This document shows, piece after piece, positions 25,001 through 39,003 of a stretch of DNA of 64,000 nt (position 1 is the stretch's first letter; every line of letters starts with the position of its first letter). The notes beneath the pieces are model-generated. The model searched no databases and was not told where the DNA came from. It saw only the letters and a list, made by a program, of their open reading frames with translations. Origin of the DNA: Lytechinus pictus (lineage: Eukaryota); contig NC_087252.1 in assembly GCF_037042905.1 (NCBI RefSeq), positions 23,624,001-23,688,000 of the forward strand. Reading direction: 5' to 3'. The translations under genes were made by a program, and so were the position numbers.

Positions 25001-26983
25001 CCGAGAGAACAAAGAGTCTTTTTTCCCCGATAATGTTTCCAAGTTTACTTAGCACTGCGGTAACCCATGTTATAGGGACAGTCGATGTGTCTCCATCAAC
25101 CAATTCCAAGGGTCTGCCCTTCAACAGCAATTTGGCAGCTATTTCTGGTAGAATTTCTACATCTGCCTTTGTGTCTTGTCCTACTTTCCTGCTCCCCTTC
25201 ACCGCTTCGTAAATTTGACCAATTTCTCTGAAAAGATTTTCTAGTCCAAATGATGCTCTTGCAAGATGACCCTCGGCATCATCCACTTGTGCTTTCAATT
25301 GCGGCAAGTTTGCCCTCTCCTGTTTCTTCTTGGCACCCCTAAATTCTTTCAAAGCTGTGTGGTACTGTCTGCGTAGTCCTGGTAAGTTGGTTCTCGATAC
25401 TTCATTCAACAACAGATCTATCCAACTCAGGAAATACATTGCAACATCTGGATTATTTCGCAGATTTGACATGAAGGTTTTGATGAAAGGTGTTAATCTA
25501 CTTTGGTATATTTCTACCTGCTGTTCACGGAGAAGGCCCAATGTCCGTTTTACTTCTTCGTAGTGATATGCTGATGTCGACTGTGTGACCTGTCCTCTAA
25601 TTCTGTGCTGATTCTTTAGCACTTCGCAGTATTCAGTCCATTCAGCACATTGCACCGGAAGTAGGAGAGATTTACAATCAAAGATATGTTTACCTTCCAT
25701 GTGGCTGACAACCTCTTCTGCCAAGGCCTTACCTTTAAGACATGCCTCATCATCATGCTCATCTATGATGATCCCCATTTTCTTTGCACGTAGAGCACAC
25801 TCTTCTACCATTAAACTTGCATTACATCCAGCGATAGCCTCCGACAGCTTTTCTCGAGCTTCAGTCTTGAGGTCACTGGCATTTTTCAAAGTACCTTGGA
25901 GGGTGCTGGATAAAATTATAGGGACCCCTTTCGGAACTATTTCATGACAGGCTTGTAGATCCTGTGTAATCTGTTTGTTTTTTCCACTGATCAAAAGAAG
26001 GATGACTTTCGCACTACTTTTCAAAATCCGTTGAAATGTCATGGTGTTTTGAGCTATTGTCAGGTCTTTAGCACTGGCTGTAACAAATATCACGGATGAT
26101 ATTTCCCGCAAAATCTGCATCTGTTTTTTCATTAATGAAGCATCGCCTCTCAAATTTAGGATCATTGTTGTGCCTGGTAGGTGATCATTCTTTGCACCGA
26201 CTTTAATGAACCAGGAACATTCCACAAGACCATCCGTCATCCTTCTGGGTATGGTACCATTGATGCAATCTTTGTGGAAGAATGTGTCATGGCTGTCATC
26301 TCTAAGAATATCGTTTACCAGCTTGGATTTGGACAGTGGTGGCCTACCCAATCTAAGGAAAGTCACCAAAGGGAAAGAATTTCCCGTCACTGTCGTCTCC
26401 ACAGCTTCCTCGAGTTTGGTATGGCGCTGTAGAATTATCGTTCTGAGTGCCCATACTGACATCCAAATATTGCCTTCTGGTCCAACAGGGTACAGAAAAG
26501 GGATTGCAAGTTTACAAATAAACATTTGGTGAGCAAGTGTTTGTTTCAGGAAACTGTCACAACATGTAAATATTGCCACCAGAACGTCCAAAGGGTTAAG
26601 ATGTGTTGCATTGTCTTCACGAACACCTGTGCTTTGCACTGCAAGAAATGCCTCGACTTCACTGATATCCGAATTATCAGGTCTCTCTTCTCTTGATGAT
26701 TTGCTCACATCTGATAAAAGCTGGTCTCTTGCATGAAAATCAGTCATAAGGAGTTTATGTATAACCAACCATGGAAGATCAACAAGCTTAGGGTGCCCAT
26801 TAAACTTTTTAATGACCATGGCATCCAAAAGGGAAATCTTAGATGGATAATATTTGTCTAAGCCTAGGATCTCGAGGATATCTGAAAAATTACCTTGCTC
26901 TGCTTCCCTTGCATTAGCTTTCATGAATGGTCCCTCCTGATGTGAATTGTTGTCTTCTTCTCCAGTGACATACTTGTACACAC
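22017..26983 (-). CDS. GVIN1: Very large inducible GTPase (GVIN1/VLIG-1/URGCP-like), large terminal coding exon (~1655 codons)
   Basis: Uninterrupted ORF with G1 GIQSSGKS (24972-24995), RCTRG, G3 DTEG, HDNELVTFVIGLGD, FVHQNV, LWHGNPPMAP and the C-terminal CPEQCPFC..C..H..HRP.G motif. Pyrimidine tract plus TTGCAG acceptor at 26984-26986 (phase 1) indicates the ORF-track N-terminus is intronic. Confidence 0.92.
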
Positions 26984-27394
26984 CTGCAATCGATACGGGA
27001 ACAAGAAATACACTTATAACATAAAACATATTTATAAAAAGGTTGGAATAACACTTAGACATAATTTCAAAGTTATTTTAAAGTATGAAGAGCAACAGTT
27101 TGAAAAATTCTGCTTTGAAAAACGTAGCTGCATTTCTTATGATTATTTATATTGTTATAAAAATGTTTGTAATGTCTTCTGATAGTGCCAGTACAATATT
27201 ATCTAGACATAAAAAACTATATTTTCAGAAAACCTGAGGGGACACTTTGGGGAAAGTGAGAGTAGAATTTGGTCGCTAAATGCGTCACGCTCCAGAGTCT
27301 CGCCTTAGTCTTAATCCTATTTAGGCCGGGGTATTATGGGAGTTCAAATGGCCGGGGAGGGGCCTTACAGGCCCCATTGATATCTCGGCCGTCT

Positions 27395-27605
27395 TTTTTT
27401 CCTATTTACTCTCTAGATTATCATTGTATATATTTTTCATCTCATTCTTGCTGTAATGTTCTGTATAAGGGGCCCCTCTCACAAGCTCTGCTTCTATGTG
27501 GTCCCAAACCTATCCTGTATTCTCATTTCTTGTTAAAATATGTAACATGTCTCTTGTTTTTGATTGGTTTAAATAAACTTGAACTTGAAAACTTGACATG
27601 ACTTG
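27395..27605 (+). mobile_element. 3' UTR/tail fragment of a CR1/L2-type LINE
   Basis: GGGGCCC...ACAAGC...GGTCCC stem similar to 61643-61685; AATAAA followed by ACTTGA repeats. Confidence 0.45.
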
Positions 27606-27802
27606 ATATAAAAAGGGGTCAAATGTGCTTATTTAGGAACAAAATAGATAAACATAGATAAACGTCGAATACATTCAGTGTGATTACGTGGTATTGCAGG
27701 AATACATTGAAACGACTTGACAAACCCTAATGCCCTTAAAAGCCGTATCATCTCCATGATGTTATACATGCAACCAGCTCTTTCCGAGTTTCTTGATTTA
27801 GG

Positions 27803-30800
27803 AATTCAATTCAAGTTCAATTCATTTTCAATTTACTAGTCTTTGATATGTAAAGTATTGTAATGTTTGTTTGTTTATTTTCCGATTATTAAAAACACAA
27901 AACATAGATATAGAGAACACAAATACATAACATAAATGGCAGTAATAGAAATAAATATGAATTGCAAATGAAAATGTAAAATAAATAAAATAATAATCGA
28001 AATGATTGCCCATTTCAGAGTTATTTACATAAATTACTCTGTTCTTCCATGGGTTCCATAAAAATATTAAGATAGTTTACATTGCAATACAAAGAAAATT
28101 TGATATTGAAAAAAAATATATACATATATATGTATATATAACACATGTATAATTGAATGTATCAATTAATATCCCCCCATCCACAATACAATTATCAAAC
28201 CAAAACTTCAGCTGATTTTGACACTGAATTAAATATATGAGCAACTGAGGCTCGAGTGCTGGAATATTTAAATAAGCTCCAGCTTGTTCTGTTCTTGGGT
28301 TAATTCATATCTCAAAATAACTATCAAAATCGCTTGATTTGTAGCAATTATAAATTATGTTTCTGATCACAGATTAGTTGAGAATAAATTTCATGTGACC
28401 ATGTCAAAATCAGCTGAAGTTTAAAGAGTAAAATAATTGAAGTAAATTCAACTTTGAAGTGAAGTTATGTATATGCAAATTTATTTCAAAGCACATGTAA
28501 TTTCAATTTACTGAGAGTCATATTGAGATGAGATCATTTAGAATTTATTTTGGCCTTATGCAATTGAAAGGTTAATATTTTTTAGAGGTACAAGTGAAAG
28601 TATAGGATTGTTTTACTTATATTCAACAGTCCATTTGATTGAAAACTCAAGAGCATTAAAGCCTGATTGAGTTACTTTGGTATTTGTAAGTCGATGTCAT
28701 TTTCTTATTTTGGATATTTGAGATAATTGATCAAAGGAGATTATGCAAATTGGAATCAAACATAACAAATCTGTTCTGTCAAAGAGTATTTGATACTTTT
28801 TTTTCTTTTCCTCGTGTCAGAGGTTTTTTATTTATTCAATAGCCAAATTAACATGTATTAACATTCAGGGTCTTAGAGACAACATCCGAGATGTCGTCTA
28901 AAAGAATTTCATATTTAAAAACATGCCATATAGAATTATTGTTGTATGGTTTACCTTGAAAATAATTAAACATATACATCAAATAGATTGTATATTGAGC
29001 ATACACAAGGACTGTATTTATATATGTTGCTTGTTCATGTGTGAAATCAAAACCAACTATTGATAATTGTTCGTTTAATTTAATTTTTTCTTTAAACATT
29101 AAATTAATCAAATCCACAATACGTTTCCAGAAAAGCTTTACGCTTGGGCATTCTAAAACAACATGAACAAAAGATTCTGTTGTTTTACAGAAAATACATA
29201 AGTTGTCTGTTACGATTTTCCACCTCCACAAGTTGTATCTAAACGGTAAAATAATATGAAGAGTTTTGAAGTTGAGTTGCTTTATTTTATTGTTTTTCAA
29301 TGTCTTAAACTTAAATTTCAATGTGTCTTTCCAGTCAAAATCAATTGCAAGGTTCAATTTACCTTCCCAGAATGTTAAAGCAGCCGGTTCTCTTTTCTTA
29401 AATTCACACAATAAACTATAGAAATTGCGAGACTTCATTGATCGTAGTCTAATAAAATCAAGCGTTCTAATTTCGAATACGTCGCTTCCGTATTGTGAAT
29501 TTGATTCATCGTTATCTGCATAACTTATGTCTAGAATTCTTTCGATCCAAGTTTTTGGTATCGCATTTTTCAGTTTCGAATACATAAAGTCAATCAACAA
29601 AGATTTTGAGCAAAGCACTCGACAAATATGTTCTCTTGGCCGAAATCGTCCATTTTCTACAATGTCATTAATCGTTATAATGCCTTTTTCAAACCATCTT
29701 TTAAAAAAATAAAGGTTTTCTATCATGTGTGATATTACTATTGTACCACAAAACTTGATTTTTAACATTTACAATATCTGGAAACTGAATATATTTAAGT
29801 TCACTCCAAGTTATGAGACAGTCTATATAAAAGTCGGGTACCTTTTGTTTTACGCAAAACTTCAACATATCTTTACTGAAACAATTTGTTTTCAAAAGTA
29901 ATAAAAAGGGACATATTTTTTCAATCCAATATCTAAACATAAACTTCCACGGTACATCATTATCATTTTCAAAGAATCTACTCAACCATGATAAATGTAA
30001 GGATTGGAATTTAGATTTCAAATCTATCATACTCAGTCCTCCCCTTATAATATCATTAATCAAGACTGCTCTCTTGACTTTTTCTCGTTTTGAATTCCAT
30101 AAAAAATTATACATCAGTTTATTGAGATCAACATCTAGTTTCTGGGGGATGGGTAATACAGAGGCAACGTAAACAAATTGAGAAATTACTAATGATTTAA
30201 GAATCAAAATTTTTACCATAGTAAGTTAAATTTCTAATTTTCCAAAAACTTAAAATTGATTTATTGAAGTTTCTTAAACCAGTTCAGTCGTTCAGACTCT
30301 TTTTTATCACTTGTTAGATACATTCCTAAGTACTTGACAGGTTCATCATTCCATTTAATACCTTCAATGAATGCATGTTGATGTTGCATAGTGACAGCAT
30401 TTGTTTTCATCACATTTAGGCTTGGCCCAGCAAAGAAACCAAAACGTTTTACTTCTTCAAGACATAAGTTGGCAGATTGAATGTTATTTAAAAAGAGAAC
30501 AGTGTCATCTGCAAGTTGAGATATCTTAAATTCTTTTGAAATACCAGTTTCAGTAGATACTACAGTAATACCACTGATATCAATATTCTGCTTTATTTTT
30601 AATGCCATAATTTCAACAACAATAATAAACAATAAAGCTGACAGAGGGCAACCCTGTCTAATTCCTCTTTTTATTTCAATTTTTTTCGAAATCCAACCAT
30701 TACTCATGACACTCCCTCCCACATTTGCATAGAGGACCTTAATCCATGTAATAAAAGATTCTTTAAATTTAAGTTTGTATAATATTTGAAATAGAAACTG

Positions 30801-31760
30801 ATGGGTAACCGTATCGAAAGCTTTTCGAAAATCAAGAAAAAGGAAAATGCCTGGGTGATTATTATATTCGCAATATTTAATATCTTTAACCAAACGTAGA
30901 TTTTGCATAGCAGAGCGCTGTTTTAAATAACCTGATTGATCAAAATAAATCAATTTATCTAAAACACCTCTTAATCTTGTATACAATACTTTTGCTGCAA
31001 TCTTATAATCAGTGTTGAGCAATGATATAGGTCTCCAATTATCTAGACATTGTTTATCACCTTTCTTGTACAGCAAAGTTAATATAGCTAATTTATGAGT
31101 TTCTGATAACTGTTTTTGAATAAAACCTTCATTAACACTATATATTATAAGGGATTTAACATCGTCCCAAAAATACTTTAAAAATTCAACAGATAAACCG
31201 TCACTACCTGGCGACTTATTGTTTTTCATAGAAAATAAAGCATTACGACATTCTTCCTCAGTAAGTATACCTTCGCATGACAATGCTTTTTGTTCTGTTA
31301 ACGTAGGTAATACAGTTGAATCTAAATAGTCATCAATGTCAGACGATTCAACTTCATTGTTTGTTTTAGAGTACAAACGTTTATAATATTGAAATATTTC
31401 TCCAAGAACAGATTCCTGGTTTGTAATAAACCCTTCCATTCTTTTTAATAGAATTAATTTCTTTTCTCTTTCCGTTTCTCTTTTCGCTTTCAAAAAAATA
31501 TTTGGTTGACTTTTCACCATGCTCCATCCACTTTTGTCTGGATCTGATGAAAGCCCCTTTACATTTATATGTTAACCATTGGTCTAGTTCAATTTTTGTT
31601 CGTTCTAATTCAGCTTTATTTTCATTAGATGGGTTTTCATCAGTCTTATAACTCATTGAATCGAATTCAGATTGTAATTGTTTCAAAGTTTCATTATTTT
31701 CTTTCTGTTTTTGTTTCGAATACTTGATTGTGTATTCTTTAATTTTTATCTTACACATGT
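27803..31760 (-). mobile_element. 5'-truncated, frameshifted L1/Tx1-clade LINE (ORF2 RT plus zinc knuckle)
   Basis: Overlapping ORFs 31381-31758, 30261-31520, 29701-30219 and 28848-29768: IRSRQKW.EHGEKSTKYF, KSPGSDG, NWRPISLLNTDYK, FLDFRKAFD, GIRQGCPLS, QLADD, C..C...ES..H...EC. TTGAA-type tail near 27805 (3' boundary approximate). Confidence 0.9.
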
Positions 31761-32423
31761 CCCAAGTTTACGCGCGTCATGCTCCCCCCCCCCCCAGAAA
31801 TTTCTGCGTAAGGCCATAGTGATAATGAGATAAAAATAATGAAAATGAAAAGTATACATAAATCAATGTGCCAGGCTCTTTTGAGCATGGCCGTACACAG
31901 AATTTCTTTCGGGGGGGAGCATGCGCGTAAACTCGTTCTCAAGTTGAAAGCGACACAGCGAAGCGACAAAGCTTGTCATTTGGGCACTTTTTGGAGTTTT
32001 AAAAGTGAAATATGAAGGCTTTCGTGCACACTTTTGGTGAATTTTGTGATAATTTTCAATAGAAAAATAGGTTTTCAAAAATGTAGGGGTCATCATGCCC
32101 CCGTATTGTCGTTGCGAGCATTTTGGGGAAAAATTAACTTAACAAAAACAAAAAAACTAAAAATTATAGAAAGTAGAAGGGCCTGATGCACGTACACTCA
32201 CTCTCTCAGCTCATATGCACTTGATCCACTTCCATTAAGGATCCGGATTTCGGGCTAAATTCCGCCCGACAGTTCCGGGAACCAACCAACGTAATATTTC
32301 GATGAAGAGCATTTCGTCGATTCACCGGTTGTTCCCACTCACACGTATTGCGAGGTACCGTATACTAAGGTCGCACCATAAACCGCATTTTTAAGTGGAT
32401 TTCTAACAAGTGGGTCTCGCGTG

Positions 32424-32604
32424 CTGGGATCTCACTTCTGGTGTCCACAACACGCAACTTCAATGGCTTGATTTTTCTGTGCGCGACAACATGTAATGAA
32501 CCCTTGGGTTCTCACTTCTGGGATCTCACTTCTGGTGTCCACAACACGCAACTTCAATGGCTTGATTTTTCTGTGCGCGACAACATGTAATGAACCCTTG
32601 GGTT
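32424..32604. repeat. Near-perfect tandem duplication, 94-bp period
   Basis: CTGGGATCTCACTTCTGGTGTCC...CCCTTGGGTT repeated at 32424 and 32518. Confidence 0.9.
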
Positions 32605-32892
32605 GTTCCTACGATCAGAGAGAAAAGGTGAAATACACGCGCGCCTATGGGGATTGTGAACTGTAGGAAAAATCGTATAAAATTACACTTTTTGATATTT
32701 CTACGAAGACGAAGTTATATAGAAAATGAAGAATATTACAATCAGACCATGTCCCTAGAAAATTGCTTCAAGAAATGTCATTATGAAGAGAAAATGGACA
32801 AAAGATTTTGAAGAAAAATCACGAAAAAGGAAATCGCATCATGAATATTCATATCATGGGCGGTCCCACATTTGCATGTTATAGCGAGTTTT

Positions 32893-33790
32893 CTATTATT
32901 TATAAATAATGGTTATTTGTATATAAATAATGATTATTTGTATATAATGGCAAACTGTAAAAATTGTTTATAAATAATGATTATTTATAAATAATGGGAT
33001 ATTGAAACAAAATTATTATTTATAAATAATGAAGTAGATATTTCATTATTTAACAAATAATCTTTATTTATAAATAATGGATAACTCGAACATTAAAAAA
33101 TGATTATTTATAAATAATGAAAATAATGGCGCACTCGAAAAAAATATTTATAAATAATGAAGTAGACGTTTTCATTATTTAACAAATAATCATTATTTAT
33201 AAATAATGGGAAACTCAACAAATTATTTATAAATAAAGAAATGTGCACTGGCATTGTTAATAAATAATTATTATTTATAAATAATAGAAAACTTATTTAT
33301 AAATAATGGAAAAACGAATTGCAATTATTTATAAATAATGAAGTATGTAGTGTCATTATTTATAAATAATGAAAAACGAAAATCATTATTTATAAATAAT
33401 AAAAGACAAATAATAATTATTTATAAATAATGAAAAACAAATAATCATTATTTATTAATAATGAAAAACAAATAATCATTATTTATAAATAATGAATAAC
33501 AAATAATCATTATTTATAAATAATGAAAAACAAATAATCATTATTTATAAATAATGAAAATCAAATAATCATTATTTATAAATAATGAAAAACAAATAAT
33601 TATTATTTATAAATAATGGAATGTCGAACTATTATTATTTACAAATAATGAAGTATTACTTGGAATTATATATAAATAATTAGAAATGTTATTTTATATA
33701 ATAGTAATTATTTACAAATAAATTGTAAATTATATATAAATAATAGTTATTATTTAATAAATAATGATTATATAACAAATAATTGTTCTA
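32893..33790. repeat. AT-rich array of palindromic units (core TCATTATTTATAAATAATGA)
   Basis: Many copies of the self-complementary core; regular ~29-bp period at 33350-33620, variable linkers elsewhere. Confidence 0.9.
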
Positions 33791-33819
33791 TATAATATTG
33801 GTACAATCGGCGCCTCATA

Positions 33820-36020
33820 CTTCTGTGCGCTCGCCACAGGTGTACATGGACTATTCATCAACCAAGTATTCAGTTATTTGTCTATTGAATTCTTTAAGTG
33901 TGCCAGATTGGCGAATTCTTATCGGTAATTCATTGTATAACACAGATGCTCGATACATAAAAGTTCGTTCGCAATTGTTGGTTTTCGGATTAGGAAAAGC
34001 CAACAGGCCTGATGTTCAAAAATCATATTTGTTTTCCTTAGTAACAAAGTTCTCTTTCATATATCCAGGAGCCAAATCATGCATTATTTTATACATAAAT
34101 GATAACATGTGTCTCTTTCTTCGCCTACATATAGTTGTTCCCAGTCCAGCAGATTATGAAGTTCGGAAATAGATTTTTGTTCATATGGGTTTATGCCTAA
34201 AATTATTCCAGATGCTCTGCTTTGCAGTTTTGCTTTTGAAGTTGTTCTAACAAAGTCATACTGGTGGATTGCCAGACTCATGGGCGGAAATCCCAGGGGG
34301 ACAGGTGGGACGTGTTCCCCCTACTCAAAATAGTAGGGGGACACAATATCAAATGTCCCCCCTACTATTTCTGGTCTTTTATGATGGTTAGAAATTCATC
34401 ATTCAAAATCGAAATAAAACATGTATTTTAGGGAAAGATTACCCTAATTTTTGGATGATAACCTTTTCTTTTTTCTTTTTTTTGCTTGTCAAATTTATTT
34501 TGGTCGAAATGACCTGGAATCTAGGATGATAATATATTTTTTTTTTGCTTGTCAAATTTTCCAGCCCCTTGTCCCCCCTACCTTTTGGGAGAGATTTCCG
34601 CCCCTGGCCAGACTACATCAGCATAGTCAAAATGAGGTAAAACAACAGTGTTGTATAATTTATTCAAGTTTGAAGTACTCTTGAAGTGTTTAAGTCTGCA
34701 TAAGAAATTTATCATTTTTCCTATCTTCTTACACATGTTATCTACCTGCAGATTCCATTTCAATTCTGAGTAAACAAGAACACCGAGATATTTGAAAATT
34801 TTAAGTTTAAATCTATAGAACCATTCTTAGTAAGCATTTTTTCTTTCGAGCCTATCAACATACAAACAGTTTTGTCACAATTTATTCTTAACTTGTTTTT
34901 CTTCATCCACGATTCCAGTACTTTCAATTACTTATTCATTGTTTTTTGTAAAACTCGTGTTTCTTCATGTGAAAAATATACCACAGAATCGTCTGCATAT
35001 AAATGTACAGAACATTTGTTGAAACATTTGGGCAAATCGTTTATAAATATAAGGAACAACAGTGGACCTAATAATGACCCTTGTGGAACACCAAATTTGA
35101 GAGGCTGTTCCTCTGACATTGCATCATTTACTGATGTGATAATTGCTCTACCTGAGCAATTTTTAAACTTTTAAATTTTTGAACTTTTAAACCAGTTAAG
35201 TGCTATATCAGTAATTCCAATCTTCTCAAGCTTATGCAAGAGGATCTTATGATGCACAGTGTCGAATGCTTTTTGCAGGTCTACAAAAACAGTTCTAGTG
35301 TACATTCTGTTATCAAGAGATCTGAGCCATTCATCTGTAACCTCAATCAGGGCAGTGCATGTCGAGTGCTTAGATCTACATCCTGATTGTTCTTTTGTTG
35401 ATATACTATTGGCATGAAGATAATAAATTGTTTGCTGTTGAACTACCTTTTCTAAAAGTTTAGAGACACATTGCAGTAGCGAAATTGGTCTATAATTGTC
35501 CGGTTGTGTTTTATCACCTTTTTTTAAATAATGGTATTATCTTGGCTATTTTCCAACGTTTAGGGACTATACCTTCTGTAATGGATTTATCAGAAATGTC
35601 AAAGATCTAAGCACTACTGGAGCAGCAACTTTCAAAATGAATGAACTAATGCCATCAATGCCAACATATTTTTTTATTTTTTAAAGAATAAATTAATTTC
35701 AACACATCAATTTCTGACACTGCAGATAGACCAAAAGTTTCAAAAAATGTACCGGTATTTCCATTGCAACAAGTTTCTGTAACGTCATTAAAGTTTCCAG
35801 CACCAGACCTTAATTTTTCAGCAATACTTGCAAAGTGATTGTTAAAATCATTTGCTAGAGTGATATTATCATGTGCATTACTTATAAGAGGTGGAGAGGA
35901 GTTTCTATTTGGTAAAAGTGATTTCAAAATTTTCCAAGATTTGTATCGGTCGCTGCATTCACTTAATTTCGCAGAATAATACTTATTTTTATTTTTTCTA
36001 ATCTCTAATGTATTTGGCTA
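33820..36020 (-). mobile_element. Degenerate CR1/L2-clade LINE ORF2 fragment
   Basis: LANDFNNHFASIA, GVPQGSLLGPLLFLIFINDLP, LYADD and LYNTVVLPHFDYADVVW in broken frames; interrupted by a hAT MITE. Confidence 0.85.
34279..34606. mobile_element. hAT-type MITE (328 bp)
   Basis: CATGGGCGGAAATC...GATTTCCGCCCCTG termini; perfect 8-bp TSD GCCAGACT (34271-34278, 34607-34614). Confidence 0.85.
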
Positions 36021-36341
36021 TTTATAAGTTTACTATGTTAACAGACACATCGATTGATCATTGCTCCCAGCTCCTAAGAAAGAAATTTCTGCTTGGAGTT
36101 TATTATCCACAATATCTGGTTGTTCCCTTACTGATTATAAATTGTTAACACTACACTTTGTCTGAGTCATTGACTGAGCTTGCAGTGACCTAGAAAAACG
36201 TGTCCGTTTGTTTCTTACTCTTGACGATGACAGGAACCACAGATTTTAAACAGATTTTGAAGCCGAATCAAATCTACTTGTGAACCGGAAAAATTGCAAG
36301 GAATGAAGTTATGGATTTATATGCGCATGCGCATACATTGA

Positions 36342-37490
36342 TAGTCTCGGCTGCAGCTAAAACTAAGCCCAGCTAGAAAATCATGCCTATCTTGCATAAA
36401 AAGCTGTTTTTGCCAAAACAGTAATTTTTGGAAAGGTTATAGTATAAGGATTCAGAATAACAATGTTTCCATTTTCACCGTGACCTATATGGCCGCCATC
36501 TTGGATTTTTCAAAATGGCCGCCAAAACACGACTGCTGAGTAACCTAGAATCGTGATTTTGACACCGAAACCATCTTTTATGAGGTCAAGGAATCTATTG
36601 GTATCAAAATCAACAACTTTCTTCAAGAAAGAAAATCATGTTCATGACATTTTCTGTCTTTTTTACGTATTTCCAGATTATAAATCACATTCAAGTCCAA
36701 ATTAGGTATTCCAAATTAAGCGACCTGCACATACCTTGCAGTAAGGGAAATGATAAACCAGTGCGTCATACATGCTTTTACTAATCATTTAGCATGTGTT
36801 TCAGGTTAGTGATAAAGGTCAAAATTCACATAGGGTCACTGAACTTTGACCATGTAGGGGTATCAACTTGACAAGTTTCGATTTTGAAAGATCATCATAG
36901 CTTAGAGAGGGTAGGAGTAATAAAGTATCACAGACCATTTTGCATGAGTTTCAAGTCACATGATCAAGGTCATAGGTCATTTAGGGTTTTGCACTTTGAC
37001 CATGTTGTGATTTCACTTCTCAAACTTAACCAATGCTAAGACTTTTTTTTTTAGCTAGGCCTAATTTAGCAAGCACATATTCTTAAAAAAAATCATACAA
37101 TGGCCTTAACGTTTCAGAAAAAAGGATAAATGAATTTGAGTTCTCCATTTAAAGTGGTCAACTAGGGGTCAAAATTAAGAAAATTAATAAGAGATTTTGC
37201 TAGATTTTAAATTTTAAAAAATTGAAATTATCAATCAGTAATGAGTTTAACATGGATATAAAGATTAACAGGTATCAGGAATTAGATTATTATGATTTAA
37301 GATTACTGGTCCAAGTCATTTCAGATGTGTTAAATTGGATAAGAATGTATATTTTGCTCATTATCTTGAAATACTTGCAGTAAATGTTGCAGTCAATAAT
37401 ATTTGTATAAGATTTTTTTTTCGAAGATCACAAATGATATGAAATGAAAAGGAAGTTTTTAGGTCAAGGTAAAAGGTCATTTGAAATCAA
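36342..37490. mobile_element. Left arm of an Academ-type foldback repeat (inverted partner of 52810-53833)
   Basis: Starts TAGTC; 36430-37490 is a diverged reverse complement of 52810-53760. Confidence 0.6.
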
Positions 37491-37843
37491 GGAACTTTGG
37501 ATTTAAGATGAATGCTATTTTTCTCTTTTTGAGTATTGTTCACACAGAGCCGAGTTGGGTGCGCGAGTCCCTCCGAGCTTCCGCGATTTGGAACTCGCGG
37601 AAACTCGGGGGGAATCGTACATTTTCAGGAATGTTTTCAAAAACTAACCAGAGCGCAGTACGAGTCACGAACAGTTATCAACGAGTAGTACCGAGTGCTG
37701 CTCGAGTGATTTAAATCTTTTCTCGAGTTTGGCAGAGTTTGCTGAGAGTCTTTTAAGATCTTCATACGAGTAGTTCAACCCTTGATAGGTCGGAGTTTTC
37801 GTGCATGCTGCTTTTTCCAAGATGGATAACCAGATGGACCTTC

Positions 37844-39003
37844 TAGTCCAGGCTAGAAGAGGCATATTTTTCATATATACAATATTTGTAATGGTTTCTT
37901 GTCAATTTGAGAGTAATGATTAAGAATCTGAATGGTGCCACTTGTGTAACCTTGAGCATTTTCCACAAATTGGCAAAATCCAATATGGCCACAAAAATAT
38001 GCAAATTAACCATAAAGATCATAAAATTGCCCGCACATTGGCTAGAATATCCATGTAATTGTATGGTAGGAGTGAAACAATACTTTTTCACACAAAAAAA
38101 ATATATTGATATTGAAAATGGCTGCCATAGACCCCTGTATACTCTAATATGTACAATATGAATGGCAAAAACTAATGTTAACAAAAATGAGCACTATTAC
38201 TGCAAGTAATTGTGATCTATGAACAAAGTTATGTATGGAAATCATTATTTCTAACGAGATATATCATGTCATGTATGGGACAAATGCTGTATTTTGATAT
38301 TCAGAGTAGCCACCATTGGCCCTAACAGTATCTTGTACAATGGAAATTGTTACCCCAAAATGACAAGAGTGAACACTAATATGGATGTTGTTGTGATAAA
38401 CGAGTGGAATACTGACTAAAAACAGTATTGTTAACGAAATATATTATTTAATATTTCATGTATGTGATAAATGCAGTATTTTGAAGTTCAAAATGGCCGC
38501 AAAAGGCCTTAACTGTATAAGGCCTATGTACAATGTGAAAGAGGACCAAAGAAATCACAAGAGTGTACTGTAATGTATATATTAGTGATAAATAAATGGG
38601 ATACTGTCTAAAACATAATTTAACGAAATATATCATTCAGGTTTCATGTTTTTGTTAAAATACTGTATTTTGACTTTCAAAATGGCCGCCATAGACATTG
38701 ACTGTACAATGCGAACTGGGAAACCAATTTTCATAGGGGTAAGTAGATGCCCATACTTCTGATCTATGAGTAAAATATTGTTTGAAAACATAATTTCTAA
38801 CAAGATAAATCATTTCTTCTGCTAGGTTGGTGAAAGTCAAAATGGCTGCTATGGGCCCTAACAGTATTGAATGGGGACAAATAATTGTAATAGAAATTTG
38901 ACTTTTCTTGAGTAAATGGTGCTGTATGAATAGAATATTGTTTGAAAACATGATTCTTAATAAAATATATCATTTAGGTGATAAATGCTATATTTCAAAA
39001 TTC
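37844..39003. mobile_element. Truncated copy (left arm) of the 8729-11520 foldback family
   Basis: TAGTCCAGG start; colinear similarity to 8729-9970. Confidence 0.8.

Noticed and set aside
22749..26532. Plus-strand ORFs overlapping VLIG
   Set aside because: Antisense shadows of the long coding exon with no recognisable motifs.
26984..27062. ORF-track N-terminus MSKCYSNLFINMFYVISVFLVPVSIA as a signal peptide
   Set aside because: It coincides with a pyrimidine tract and TTGCAG acceptor; most likely translated intron.
32893..33790. CRISPR-like array (palindromic repeats with variable spacers)
   Set aside because: Eukaryotic context, no cas genes, and linkers that are short, irregular and often identical.
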